A stretch of DNA of 64,000 nt from Candidatus Yanofskybacteria bacterium RIFCSPLOWO2_01_FULL_42_49 (GCA_001795615.1 MGKI01000011.1:44996-108995), one strand, 5' to 3'. Shown: positions 37,822-49,030, counted from the first letter of the stretch. The notes: a model not told the origin generated them from the sequence alone. Program-made: numbers and translations.

Positions 37822-39561
37822 TTAGAGACTTTGTGTCAACGGCACTTCAGAACCGCGAGCAAATATGTAGGCAGGAGTCATGTTGGCCCTCGAAAATAGG
37901 TGCCACCACGGATAAAGATCACGCAAACCTTTCTCAATAGAGAGAAAGATCTGCCTCACTTCGTGATTAACTGACGGTTTAGTTCTTTGCCAGTTACAAA
38001 ACTCATGCTGTCGCAAATTGGCTGAATAAATAAACCCAGCCCTAAAACCAATCGGCAGAATATACTGAGATATTACTGGCGGAACTTGATTTAATCCCAC
38101 ATAAACATTTTGGCTTGACTGTTTGGCGATTTGGAAACTTTTAGCAAGCTTAGGAGGCTGTGGTTTATCATACCGATAAAATCCGAGAGAGGGGGTCAAT
38201 AAAGTCCTCCGATGAGTAGACAGACCCTGACGATGCAAGTCGCGCCATCCTCTAAAAGACATCACCCCCACAAAGGGAACGGTGACTAACTCAAATTCTC
38301 GAGGCAACTTGTCGTGATCGTCGCGTCCGCCAATAAATAATTCCCCAACGATATCTCGAATGTCCAAAATACTCAGATGCTCGTCTTCTTCTCTAAAGAA
38401 AAATGCCTCTTCGATAATGTTTTTGGCTATTTCGTTCTTGGGAACAGTAATAAAGGGCACAATTCTTTCTAACCCGCCAAACAAGGTTAGCGGTATATGC
38501 TTCCACCCCCGTATTTCAGCATCCGAGGGTTGATAGTGACGAATGAACTGGTCTGCTCCGACTTTGCCTGCTTCCTGCAAAATCAATTCCACAAGCGCTA
38601 AATTTTCAGCCGTATCATCAAGAATAAGGTGTCTTAGAACAGACGGCAGTGACTCGCCACTAATCGCGGCGGCGACAGAAGTAAGGGTTGCTGCCGGAAG
38701 TAAGTTGCCTAAAATATCAAATGTTTCACCGGCAACACCAACTTCAACTTTGCCTCCATTCTCTTCGATCAACTTCCCCCATTTCTCTCTAAGAAAGTTA
38801 GGAAACAGACCGTTTAAATTATCGCCCAAGTTGTCTGCATAAAGAATAAACAGACTGTTTAGGTGATTTTGAATAACTGACGCGGATGTTCCTAATACTC
38901 GGAGTTCGTTATCAATTGGATATACTCCCGCTTTTTCTCTGTCGACAAATCTTGTCGACAGCTCAACATAACCGGCTCCGGGCCGCGTCCACTCAATTGA
39001 TTTAGCGGCAAGAATAGAAACATCCTCAAAACAGATCCATACCTCACCCATCCTGGCAATAGAGTTGTGGCCATATTGATCCAACCACATACCAAGAAAT
39101 TTTTTGGCTTTTTGCGAATCTGCCAACAGCCGAGTATATGCTTCTTCGGGGGCTTGAGACACAAACCACTCAAATTTAGACCTCGTTTCAGATGAGTAGG
39201 AAATAAAATCGCGCAGATTTTTTATTTCATGGTTCTTAAGAAATGGCTCAACATCGTCTTGGCTCGTGCATAAATTACTCACCAGAAGACCAGGCAAAAA
39301 AGAGTCGACAAAAACACCCCTGATTCCGCGTTTATTTTTAAGCCTGGAGAACATCGAGGCAAGCGTGGCCATTACATTAGAAGGCAAGGAATGCATAAAA
39401 AATACCCGTTGATCAATATTAGTAAAGAATGGTTTTAATGTTTTTTGTTCATCTCCTGAAAAAGAGTATCCGACTTTGGAATGAACAAACTCTCTAGCAA
39501 CCGAAACAAGAGCATCCTGCTTTTCTTTCGGCAGCACAGACAAGCCAAGACCTGTGTCCAT
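37822..39561 (-). CDS. thyX: ThyX-like flavin-dependent thymidylate synthase, long tandem-domain form
   Basis: YGHNSIA, YVELSTRFV, WRDLHRQG, NLRQ..QRT..HEVRQI; next to tmk. Confidence 0.75.
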   Translation of the reverse strand: MDTGLGLSVLPKEKQDALVSVAREFVHSKVGYSFSGDEQKTLKPFFTNIDQRVFFMHSLPSNVMATLASMFSRLKNKRGIRGVFVDSFLPGLLVSNLCTSQDDVEPFLKNHEIKNLRDFISYSSETRSKFEWFVSQAPEEAYTRLLADSQKAKKFLGMWLDQYGHNSIARMGEVWICFEDVSILAAKSIEWTRPGAGYVELSTRFVDREKAGVYPIDNELRVLGTSASVIQNHLNSLFILYADNLGDNLNGLFPNFLREKWGKLIEENGGKVEVGVAGETFDILGNLLPAATLTSVAAAISGESLPSVLRHLILDDTAENLALVELILQEAGKVGADQFIRHYQPSDAEIRGWKHIPLTLFGGLERIVPFITVPKNEIAKNIIEEAFFFREEDEHLSILDIRDIVGELFIGGRDDHDKLPREFELVTVPFVGVMSFRGWRDLHRQGLSTHRRTLLTPSLGFYRYDKPQPPKLAKSFQIAKQSSQNVYVGLNQVPPVISQYILPIGFRAGFIYSANLRQHEFCNWQRTKPSVNHEVRQIFLSIEKGLRDLYPWWHLFSRANMTPAYIFARGSEVPLTQSL

Positions 39562-39650
39562 CTTCCCTCTTTATCAAAGAACGGTTTTTAAATGTTATCA
39601 AAAAACTTGTAAACAAAAAAGCCCTTCTGGGGGCTTGAGCGAAAAAGGTA

Positions 39651-40334
39651 TTATGACAACTTGATCCCGTTGGCGTTTAGAAGTTTTAACAATTCGCTTT
39701 TGACATCAGAGAATATCTCCTCAATGCTTCTGGACCCGTCAATAAAATGAAGATTTGCTTCCGGGTACTCGCGAGCAAAGATATAAAAATTTTCCCTTAC
39801 TCTTGCTAGCGTGTCTAGCCTTTCCATTTCGTCAAACGACCGACCCGACGCCTTGCCTCGTTCAATGGCCAGTTCAGGTGGTACATCAAAAATAAATACT
39901 TTGTCAGGCCACACCCAGTATCGGCGGTGGAGTTGTTGGTTCATTTCCATAAGCATGTGCAATTCAATAACATTGCCCTTTTCTGCTCCGTAAACCATCG
40001 ACTCCCTAAACCTGTCAGTGCAGACGATGTGTCCCGCTTCAAGACCAGGTATTACTTCCATCTCGCAATGCATCCGGCTGTCTTTGGCAAACAACTCTTG
40101 CAAATCAAACGGATCGGTTTGAGCAAACAATTGCTTGTCTCCCAAAATAGACCTTATCATCCTTCCAAAGCGTTGAGTAGTCGGTTGTTTTGTCCGCAGA
40201 ACCGCAATATTTTTATCTGCCAGATTGGCCCTCAACCAGTTGCATATCCTCAAAACCTGGCTTGACTTCCCACAGAAGTCGATACCACTGCCACACAAAA
40301 AAAGGCCACGATAGGGATTTTGTAAAACACCCAT
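39651..40334 (-). CDS. tmk: Thymidylate kinase
   Basis: GIDFCGKSSQ, CTDRF..SMVYG, PDKVFIFDVPPELAIER, IDGSRSIEEI. Confidence 0.85.
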   Translation of the reverse strand: MGVLQNPYRGLFLCGSGIDFCGKSSQVLRICNWLRANLADKNIAVLRTKQPTTQRFGRMIRSILGDKQLFAQTDPFDLQELFAKDSRMHCEMEVIPGLEAGHIVCTDRFRESMVYGAEKGNVIELHMLMEMNQQLHRRYWVWPDKVFIFDVPPELAIERGKASGRSFDEMERLDTLARVRENFYIFAREYPEANLHFIDGSRSIEEIFSDVKSELLKLLNANGIKLS

Positions 40335-40410
40335 GTTTTTCTCCTTAAAGAACTAAAATGCTCCAGTAGGAGCATTTTAGTTCACTTTCAAAAATTAAGC
40401 AAGTTTTTAC

Positions 40411-40497
40411 TTCATCCCGCACCAATCTTATCCCTGCCTGCCGGCAGGCAGGCGTTGACCGCCATTAAGAAAGGTGGCGGGATTGGTGCGGGATTCC
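40411..40497. repeat. Inverted-repeat element with a nested cctgcctgccggcaggcagg palindrome, after rplK
   Basis: ttca-tcccgcaccaatc...gattggtgcggga-ttcc. Confidence 0.75.
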
Positions 40498-40508
40498 GTT
40501 CGCTTCGC

Positions 40509-40931
40509 TCACTTCACTTCAATCCCCATCGATCTTGCCGTTCCCTCGATTATTTTCATTGCCCCTTCGACATCATTCGCGTTTAAATCGGCCATTTTTT
40601 GTTCAGCTATCTCTTTGACTTGGGCTTTGGTAACTTTGCCGACTTTTGTCTTGTTTGGCACACCGGAACCTTTTTCAAGTCCGGCGGCAACTCGTAAAAG
40701 ATATGCCGCAGGAGGGGTTTTTAATTTAAATTCAAAACTCCTGTCTTCATAGATAGTTATCTCGACTGGGGTAACTTGGCCCATTTTATCTTTGGTTGCA
40801 TCATTAAACTGCGACACGAACTGCTGGAGATTTATTCCATGAGGACCCAAAGCCGTACCAACCGGCGGAGCCGGAGTAGCTCGCCCGCTTTCGACTTGGA
40901 GTTTTACAATTGTTTTTATTTTCTTAGCCAT
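40509..40931 (-). CDS. rplK: 50S ribosomal protein L11
   Basis: [29 protein letters not shown]. Confidence 0.97.
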   Translation of the reverse strand: MAKKIKTIVKLQVESGRATPAPPVGTALGPHGINLQQFVSQFNDATKDKMGQVTPVEITIYEDRSFEFKLKTPPAAYLLRVAAGLEKGSGVPNKTKVGKVTKAQVKEIAEQKMADLNANDVEGAMKIIEGTARSMGIEVK

Positions 40932-40943
40932 AAATTTTAATAA

Positions 40944-41101
40944 ATCTCTAAATCCTAATCTCTAAATCCTAAACACCTGCCTGCCGGCAGGCAGGAATCC
41001 AAAATTCTCAGCCTGAGGCTGATCCGCCTCTGGCGGAAAATATCTAAATGTTTTTGGATTTTGATATTTGGTCATTTGATATTGTTTAGAAATTAGAAAT
41101 T
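40944..41101. repeat. Composite repeat (7-mer arms plus two nested palindromes), copy A
   Basis: About 100 bp nearly identical to the copy starting at 43157. Confidence 0.9.
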
Positions 41102-41115
41102 GCGAGTTATATTTT

Positions 41116-41661
41116 TTACAATTTCTTAATTTGTAAAAAATCTAACTCGACTGGTGTTTCGCGACCAAAAATAGTCACCAACACCTTTACTCGGCCCTTT
41201 TCCGGATCTATCTCGGATATCTTGCCGTCAAAGTCCTTGAACGGACCGTCGGTTATTTTTACCCTATCACCCACCTCCACGTCAATCTTGTACTTCGGTT
41301 CGTCAACGCCCATTCTCTTCAATAATGTCTCAACTTCTTCGCTTGAAAGAGGCGTCGGCACGGTGCCAGCTCCGATAAATCCGGTCACATTCGGCGTATT
41401 TCTAACTACATACCAGGAATCATCATCCACCAACATCTCAACTAAAACATAGCCGGGATAAATTTTTTCCTCAATCGTTTCTCTTTTCCCGCCCTTAATT
41501 CTGATCTTTTTTTCCTTGGGAACAAGAACATTAAAAATTTTGTCTTCAAATCCAAGCGACTCAACACGCTGTTTGAGGTTTCGGGACACATTGTCTTCAT
41601 AACCTGAATAGGTATGGATCGCGTACCACTGTTTCTCTCCGGTTGTAACTTGCTTCGGCAT
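41116..41661 (-). CDS. nusG: Transcription factor NusG
   Basis: WYAIHTYSGYE, YPGYVLV, VRNTPNVTGF, GPFKDF, IFGRETPVEL. Confidence 0.97.
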   Translation of the reverse strand: MPKQVTTGEKQWYAIHTYSGYEDNVSRNLKQRVESLGFEDKIFNVLVPKEKKIRIKGGKRETIEEKIYPGYVLVEMLVDDDSWYVVRNTPNVTGFIGAGTVPTPLSSEEVETLLKRMGVDEPKYKIDVEVGDRVKITDGPFKDFDGKISEIDPEKGRVKVLVTIFGRETPVELDFLQIKKL

Positions 41662-41670
41662 TTATAACTT

Positions 41671-41819
41671 GCTGGCCGCTCTCGCCTTCCGGCAACTGCC
41701 GGATTATGGCGAGTACGCTCTTGACCGACTTTTTCGTTAAATCTTTCGCTTGCTCCTTACCATACATTAGTATGGCTCGTCGCAATGCTCAGATTTGTCT
41801 CAAATTCGGTCAAGCCAGC
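41671..41819. repeat. Structured intergenic element with nested hairpins between secE and nusG
   Basis: gctggc..ttgaccga / tcggtcaagccagc outer IR; inner ccggcaactgccgg and ccatac-atta-gtatgg. Confidence 0.6.
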
Positions 41820-41844
41820 TGCGTTCTAATCTAAATCTTTTTTA

Positions 41845-42027
41845 TTAAATTATGAATTTATTCAACAACCACTCGAACATAAAATCTAATAACCCTAAAA
41901 ACACCGCTGTAGCCAAACTAATAGCAACCACCACAATGGTATATTGGACAGTTTGGCTTTTGGTCGGCCAGCTTACTTTTGATAATTCGTGTCTGACCTC
42001 TTTTAGAAAAGTAATGAGTTTATCCAT
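41845..42027 (-). CDS. secE: Preprotein translocase SecE
   Basis: FLKEVRHELSKVSWPT plus one TM; directly upstream of nusG; start MDKLI. Confidence 0.93.
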   Translation of the reverse strand: MDKLITFLKEVRHELSKVSWPTKSQTVQYTIVVVAISLATAVFLGLLDFMFEWLLNKFII

Positions 42028-42098
42028 TCCATTAATTAAAGTATTTAAAAACGCCCTCGGGCGCACTTAATTTCCCTTAATGATAGCAAAATTTAATA

Positions 42099-42392
42099 TT
42101 AACTGTCAATAGCCTTCTTCTGAACATCGGTGGCCAATAAATAACCTGAGCGAAAGTAGTATTTAAGATTTTCCAAAAAAGACATTCCGTCGTAAGGATA
42201 TAGTTTGCCGGGTTTCGCATTTTTGTAATCAAAAATTCCTTCTCCTTCTATGTTTTTTAAAACGGGGTGGTTTTCATCTCCGTCAATTTCAACTCTCCCC
42301 GGTTCATCGCCTTGCATTTTAAAAGTAGCAATCTTTCTTTGCTTTGCATCTTTGTCCAGTTCGTATAAGTCAACGAAATAAAATAAGGTCAT
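42099..42392 (-). CDS. Hypothetical protein, coupled to the upstream kinase-like gene
   Basis: 97 aa; ATGA overlap with the stop at 42389. Confidence 0.7.
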   Translation of the reverse strand: MTLFYFVDLYELDKDAKQRKIATFKMQGDEPGRVEIDGDENHPVLKNIEGEGIFDYKNAKPGKLYPYDGMSFLENLKYYFRSGYLLATDVQKKAIDS

Positions 42393-43147
42393 ATCGAGAT
42401 TGTTCCGGTTTCCAATACCGTTGCCGCTATTTGCTTAACACCGGTTATAACTTTGATCAAGGTCGGTGTCACTGTTTCAACACCTATTTCTCTTGGGTCA
42501 ACCAGAAGCCGCTCTAAGGCCTCAACGAGCCTTCTCAATGGCTCTCTCGATTCGTCGTTAATTTCTGTCTTTAGCCCCCGGCGTTTAGCTTCACCTAACA
42601 TGTAATTATACTGATTCCATTCTTCCTTGGCATCTGCAAACATAAAATCATCATGGTCTGTGAGCCAAATTTTTTTAGTTCTTTCTAAAAAAATATTTGC
42701 TAATTTTCTGTCCGCTGCCTTTATCAGATGTTCAAAAAGTACCGCTCGAAATAATTCCTCGTCTGAAATTTCTCTTAAACAATCATCCTCAAGTTTCACG
42801 GCCGGTGTGGCTTCACCTAAAAACCGCTGCAAGGTTCCCTCTTCTTGATTAACCGTCCTCATTACGACTTCTGGGACGACTCCTAATTCTGCGGTTTTAC
42901 TGATAAGTCTCGCTAATAGCTCAAGTTGAACTCTTAATGGCCTTCCTCTGGCTTCGCTCTCTTTGGGCCTGAACAAACCCTTCCCGTCATCTCTAATTTC
43001 TACAACATCAAATCTCTCCGCTCCCTCAAGTGGCCGACTGTCAACAATCTCTCCTCTCTCCAAAACCGACTCAATATCAACTTCCGGACCTGTTTCCGGC
43101 TTTGTGACTGGAGCTTCATGTTTTTCGAAAGATTGACCCTCTGCCAT
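42389..43147 (-). CDS. PI3/4-kinase/HipA-like atypical kinase-fold protein
   Basis: GLFRP..E, LGVVPEV, GTLQRF, DRKLANI, IWLTDHD; start moved to MAEGQ because the track's extension is repeat DNA. Confidence 0.65.
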   Translation of the reverse strand: MAEGQSFEKHEAPVTKPETGPEVDIESVLERGEIVDSRPLEGAERFDVVEIRDDGKGLFRPKESEARGRPLRVQLELLARLISKTAELGVVPEVVMRTVNQEEGTLQRFLGEATPAVKLEDDCLREISDEELFRAVLFEHLIKAADRKLANIFLERTKKIWLTDHDDFMFADAKEEWNQYNYMLGEAKRRGLKTEINDESREPLRRLVEALERLLVDPREIGVETVTPTLIKVITGVKQIAATVLETGTISI

Positions 43148-43156
43148 AAGTGGTAA

Positions 43157-43327
43157 AATCTCTAAATCCCAATCTCTAAATCCTAAACACCTGCCTGCCG
43201 GCAGGCAGGAATCCAAAATTCTCAGCCTGAGGCTGATCCGCCTCTGGCGGAAAATATTTAAACGGTTTTGAGCTTTGATATTTGGTTATTTGATATTGTT
43301 TAGAGTTTAGAAATTAGAGTTTAGGGT
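43157..43327. repeat. Composite repeat, copy B
   Basis: aatctctaaatcccaatctctaaatcctaaacacctgcctgccggcaggcaggaatccaaaattctcagcctgaggctgatccgcctctggcggaaaatat... Confidence 0.9.
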
Positions 43328-43341
43328 TTTCTGTTCAAAAC

Positions 43342-45477
<2,136 letters not shown>

Positions 45478-45581
45478 CTAGACTGCTTAGAGGGCGGGAC
45501 ATTTTTATCATCTAATTATATCATTTTAAACTATTGAAATCAAGCAAAATTGTGGCTAATTTTGTAAAACAAAAGAGGGCC

Positions 45582-45734
45582 TTATTTGCCCTCCCAAATC
45601 TCCTGACTCGACTCGCGCCGGAATTGGTTGCGGTCATACCGGCCGCCTCTTCGCGCCGGCACGACTTTCTCGGTCTGCCGCGGAAGTGGCGCCCGCGGAA
45701 GCGCGATTCGCACCGCTTTTTTTCTGTTTTTCAC
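45582..45734 (-). CDS. 50-aa basic protein resembling ribosome-rescue factor ArfA
   Basis: GGGAGG RBS then GTG; MKNRKKAVRIALPRAPLPRQTEKVVPARRGGRYDRNQFRRESSQEIWEGK*; stop lies in the loop of hairpin gagggc-aaataag-gccctc followed by tttt. Confidence 0.55.
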   Translation of the reverse strand: MKNRKKAVRIALPRAPLPRQTEKVVPARRGGRYDRNQFRRESSQEIWEGK

Positions 45735-45762
45735 CTTATCCTCCCACCAAACCCTCACATCA

Positions 45763-45798
45763 CCGCCATATAACTAGCAATTGTTAGTTATATGGCGG
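45763..45798. terminator. Long hairpin after PheRS gene
   Basis: ccgccatataactagc-aatt-gttagttatatggcgg. Confidence 0.55.
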
Positions 45799-45799
45799 T

Positions 45800-46954
45800 T
45801 TACCTTAGTTCTACGTTAAATTGCTCCGCCGTTTGTTTATAAACTTTATCTTGAATTGCATCCACTTCCCCACTCTTCAGTGTCCTTTCCATACTTCTAT
45901 AAACGATACGGTAGGTGTAGCTGATCTTATCGGATCCAAATTTTTTAGAATCTTCGTATTTATCTATCAGCTCAACTTGTTCCACCAAATCTCCGCCCAG
46001 ATCTCTTATTAGTTCGAAATAGTTGTTGGGAATGAAATCTTTGTTTACCACAAAAGAAATATCGCGAGTTATGGCCGGGTACTTCGAAACTTCTTTGTAC
46101 TCCTGTCCTAGTTTCAACTGTTTTTTGACCCTCTCGTCCTGCGACCAGAAAAGACGGATATCGGGAATATTCATATTGGCTATCGCTAGACGCTCCAATC
46201 CGAATCCAAAAGCCCAGCCGTTGTAAACATCCGGGTCAACGCCAAAATTTTTCAACACGGTTCCTCTCACAATGCCGCATCCAAGCACCTCAACCCACCT
46301 TTCTTTTATCTTTACTTCCATCTCAACGCTTGGATCCGTATACGGAAACTGGTCAATATTAAAACGATGTTCAACTTTTTCTCCAAAAATCGCCTTGGCA
46401 ATTTCGGTCAGCACTTCTTTCAAATCGTCGATGGTAATAACCTTTTCTTCCCGCCGTACAAGATACCAGCCGTCGATCTGATGAAACACCGGCATGTGGA
46501 AACGATCAATCTCATCTTTACGATATACTTTCCCGTGAGATAAGGCTCCGACGCTTTTCCCTTTTTCAATTTCACTTTTTACTTGAGGCAACCCCAAATG
46601 GTAATACCACATCACGGTGGTGTGGGTCCTTAAAACATTTTCTTGATCTACAAAATATGTATCCGACGGATTGCGGGCGGGGTGATCCGAAGGAAAGTTA
46701 AACAAATCAAAACTCACATCGTATCGGACGATTTCCGGCACTTTCAAAACATTAAAATCGGCAAACCGAGGCAGAGCGACTATACGCTCAGCGAGTTCCG
46801 CAAGCGGACTGTCCGGTGTACGGGACAGGTCGGGCATGGCTAAAAAACGCTTTAAGCGCAGCCCATCCGAGTCTGTCCTTCCTTCCAGTTGTTTGACAAG
46901 TTCAGATTCTTCCGGTGATTTTATTTCAATATATTTTGAATCGTCAACTGACAT
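45800..46954 (-). CDS. pheS: Phenylalanyl-tRNA synthetase: alpha catalytic domain fused to FDX-ACB anticodon-binding domain (organellar-type architecture)
   Basis: FDLFNFPSDHPAR..DTYF, VLRTHT, YRKDEIDRFHMPVFHQID, FPYTDPSVE, GWAFGFGLERLA, then SKYPAITRDISF..SYTYRIVYRSMERTL..VELR. Confidence 0.9.
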   Translation of the reverse strand: MSVDDSKYIEIKSPEESELVKQLEGRTDSDGLRLKRFLAMPDLSRTPDSPLAELAERIVALPRFADFNVLKVPEIVRYDVSFDLFNFPSDHPARNPSDTYFVDQENVLRTHTTVMWYYHLGLPQVKSEIEKGKSVGALSHGKVYRKDEIDRFHMPVFHQIDGWYLVRREEKVITIDDLKEVLTEIAKAIFGEKVEHRFNIDQFPYTDPSVEMEVKIKERWVEVLGCGIVRGTVLKNFGVDPDVYNGWAFGFGLERLAIANMNIPDIRLFWSQDERVKKQLKLGQEYKEVSKYPAITRDISFVVNKDFIPNNYFELIRDLGGDLVEQVELIDKYEDSKKFGSDKISYTYRIVYRSMERTLKSGEVDAIQDKVYKQTAEQFNVELR

Positions 46955-46959
46955 GGCCG

Positions 46960-47154
46960 TTATTTCTTAAATATTTTTTTAACCACCAGCTTTAATATCA
47001 GAAACAATCCCGACAGTGAAAGCAGCAGCGAACTAAAAAATAAAAATTTAACTAATTTACCAGCCGTATACGGATCGTGGCCGATGACTATAATAATTAG
47101 TCCGGCCACCGATGAACTGACGATTATAAGAATGCTCCAGATAAAAAACTTCAT
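46960..47154 (-). CDS. Small two-TM membrane protein
   Basis: 64 aa, two hydrophobic helices; 5 bp upstream of the PheRS gene. Confidence 0.6.
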   Translation of the reverse strand: MKFFIWSILIIVSSSVAGLIIIVIGHDPYTAGKLVKFLFFSSLLLSLSGLFLILKLVVKKIFKK

Positions 47155-47256
47155 AGTGAGATCATCTCAAAATATCTTAACTGAAATTCCCGTTTTTGAC
47201 AATTATTTATCAGGTTGTATGCTAGCGGCATCATCCTTAAAAACTAGGGGTTTTTA

Positions 47257-48807
47257 ATGTCCGGATCTTGGACAATACAAAAACTTTCTGAAAACACGGT
47301 CCGAACGGGTCCTGCTTTGGTTTTGCTTAAAAAAGACGGCTCCAGGATAAGTTATTCATGGCAATGTTATGAATGGCAAGTCGGGCAAACAATGTCCTCT
47401 TTGAAACGGATTGGTGTCTCTGAAAATGACTTTGTCGTTGTGGCTGCCCCCAACCTCCCTGAATCATTTTTTGTTCTGTTGGGAGTAATCGCAGTTGGAG
47501 CCATTCCCGTACCAATCAACATTCCCATTCTTAAAGAACCGGGGCAAGGCGAGTTCTTGTCAATCATAAAAGACTGTCGGCCTAAATTGATTTTAGCCGA
47601 TTCATGTTTGTCGAAATATTTAAGCAGCGTGGAACATGCTACTTTTGGCAAGCTGCTGTTTCACGGCCGTATTCCGCCATCGCTTGAATTTGATAAAAAT
47701 AAATCTAACCCCGAAGCTTTGCTGATAATGCCCTATACTTCCGGAACAACCGGCAAATCCAAAGGGGTTATGCTTAGCGAAGAAAACATATTAGACAGGG
47801 TCTCGGCCGTCACCCAAGAATTGGACGCCGATTCACAAGAGAGGATCCTTTCTTACTTATCTCTGGGTCATATCTCCGAACTTATCGCTACCTTCTTCGG
47901 ACAACTGTACGGCGGCTTCTGCGTTTATTTTACCGAGTACGCTAAGGATGTGGTTGAAAATAGAGAAAAATTTAGAGCGGCGTTCCCGACGATCCTTCAA
48001 GCGGCCCGGCCGACCATATTTCTTGCCGTTCCCAAAGTCTGGGCGAACATCAGAAAACAGATTGAACACAAAACCAGATATATTCCCGTGGATCTGGGCA
48101 AACAAGGTCTGATCAGAAACTATCTGGTCAGTAAAATAAAAAATCGGCTTGGATTTGACGAAACAAGACGGTTCATCAGCGCCGGATCTAAAATTCTACA
48201 GGAAGATGTCAATTTCTTCGCCAAATTAGGAATTCATGTTGACGATATATACGGCCAAACGGAAACTGCCGGTCCGCTTACTCTCAACGGCAAGGCGATA
48301 GGAAATGTTTCCGTGACAAGCGGAGAGGATGATGAAATATTGGTATCGGGGCCAAATGTAATGACTGGTTACTATAACAATCCCGAGGTGACAAAACGGA
48401 TTTTAGTTGATGGAGTTTATCGGACCGGCGACATTGGAATATGGACGACTGATAAAGTCCTCTACGGCGGACGACTTAGAGACGGGTTTAAAAACGCCCA
48501 AGGCGAATTTGTGTCCGCCACTAAAATTGAAGAAATGGAAGACAAGATAAGAAAAATTCCTGGAGTTGATGAGGTTATAATCTGTGGCGACGGAAAACCT
48601 TATCCCGTAGCCCTCGTATTCAGCGCCACTCCTTCCGAAAACCTGAGAAGCAGACTGCAAAAAACCCTGCCAAAAATAGAAAACAGCCTTTTCAGAATAG
48701 GGAATTTCATTCTCGCTGATATAAGCACTCTTGAAACGACGGCAACCCTGAAAGTAAAGCGAAACGCAATGATTAAAAAATTCGAGAAAGAAATAGCCAA
48801 ACTTTAA
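47257..48807 (+). CDS. Long-chain fatty-acid--CoA ligase-like AMP-binding protein
   Basis: YTSGTTGKSKGVML, LSLGHISE, FLAVPKVW, YGQTET, GPNVMTGYY, YRTGDIG. Confidence 0.85.
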   Translation: MSGSWTIQKLSENTVRTGPALVLLKKDGSRISYSWQCYEWQVGQTMSSLKRIGVSENDFVVVAAPNLPESFFVLLGVIAVGAIPVPINIPILKEPGQGEFLSIIKDCRPKLILADSCLSKYLSSVEHATFGKLLFHGRIPPSLEFDKNKSNPEALLIMPYTSGTTGKSKGVMLSEENILDRVSAVTQELDADSQERILSYLSLGHISELIATFFGQLYGGFCVYFTEYAKDVVENREKFRAAFPTILQAARPTIFLAVPKVWANIRKQIEHKTRYIPVDLGKQGLIRNYLVSKIKNRLGFDETRRFISAGSKILQEDVNFFAKLGIHVDDIYGQTETAGPLTLNGKAIGNVSVTSGEDDEILVSGPNVMTGYYNNPEVTKRILVDGVYRTGDIGIWTTDKVLYGGRLRDGFKNAQGEFVSATKIEEMEDKIRKIPGVDEVIICGDGKPYPVALVFSATPSENLRSRLQKTLPKIENSLFRIGNFILADISTLETTATLKVKRNAMIKKFEKEIAKL

Positions 48808-48829
48808 AAACCCCCTTCGGGGGTTTTGT
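48806..48829. terminator. Bidirectional terminator
   Basis: aaaaaccccc-ttcg-ggggttttg. Confidence 0.75.
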
Positions 48830-49030
48830 TTTACTACTGGCGGGCGCGACGGCGGTTGGAATGAACTGCTTCATTCCAACCAGGAATTTTAGTGTGCGTC
48901 TATTGCTGTTGCGGCATAGAACGCGTTGGAAAATTCCCGAAGAACATCGCGAAGCGCGTTCGAGTCTGTCAGCTTTGCTGGCAATAATAGATAAGACCGC
49001 CATTTGAATGGCGGTCTTATCTATTACCGG

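Noticed and set aside
18534-43216. Extended N-termini in the track for topA (18534), rel (20881), secE (42066) and the kinase (43216)
   Set aside because: Extensions run through repeat or intergenic DNA or overlap the upstream gene; downstream ATGs fit better.
45534-45773. Plus-strand 79-aa ORF or a structured ncRNA in the GC-rich gyrB-pheS spacer
   Set aside because: Better explained by the minus-strand 50-aa ORF, which has an RBS and a terminator-like hairpin.
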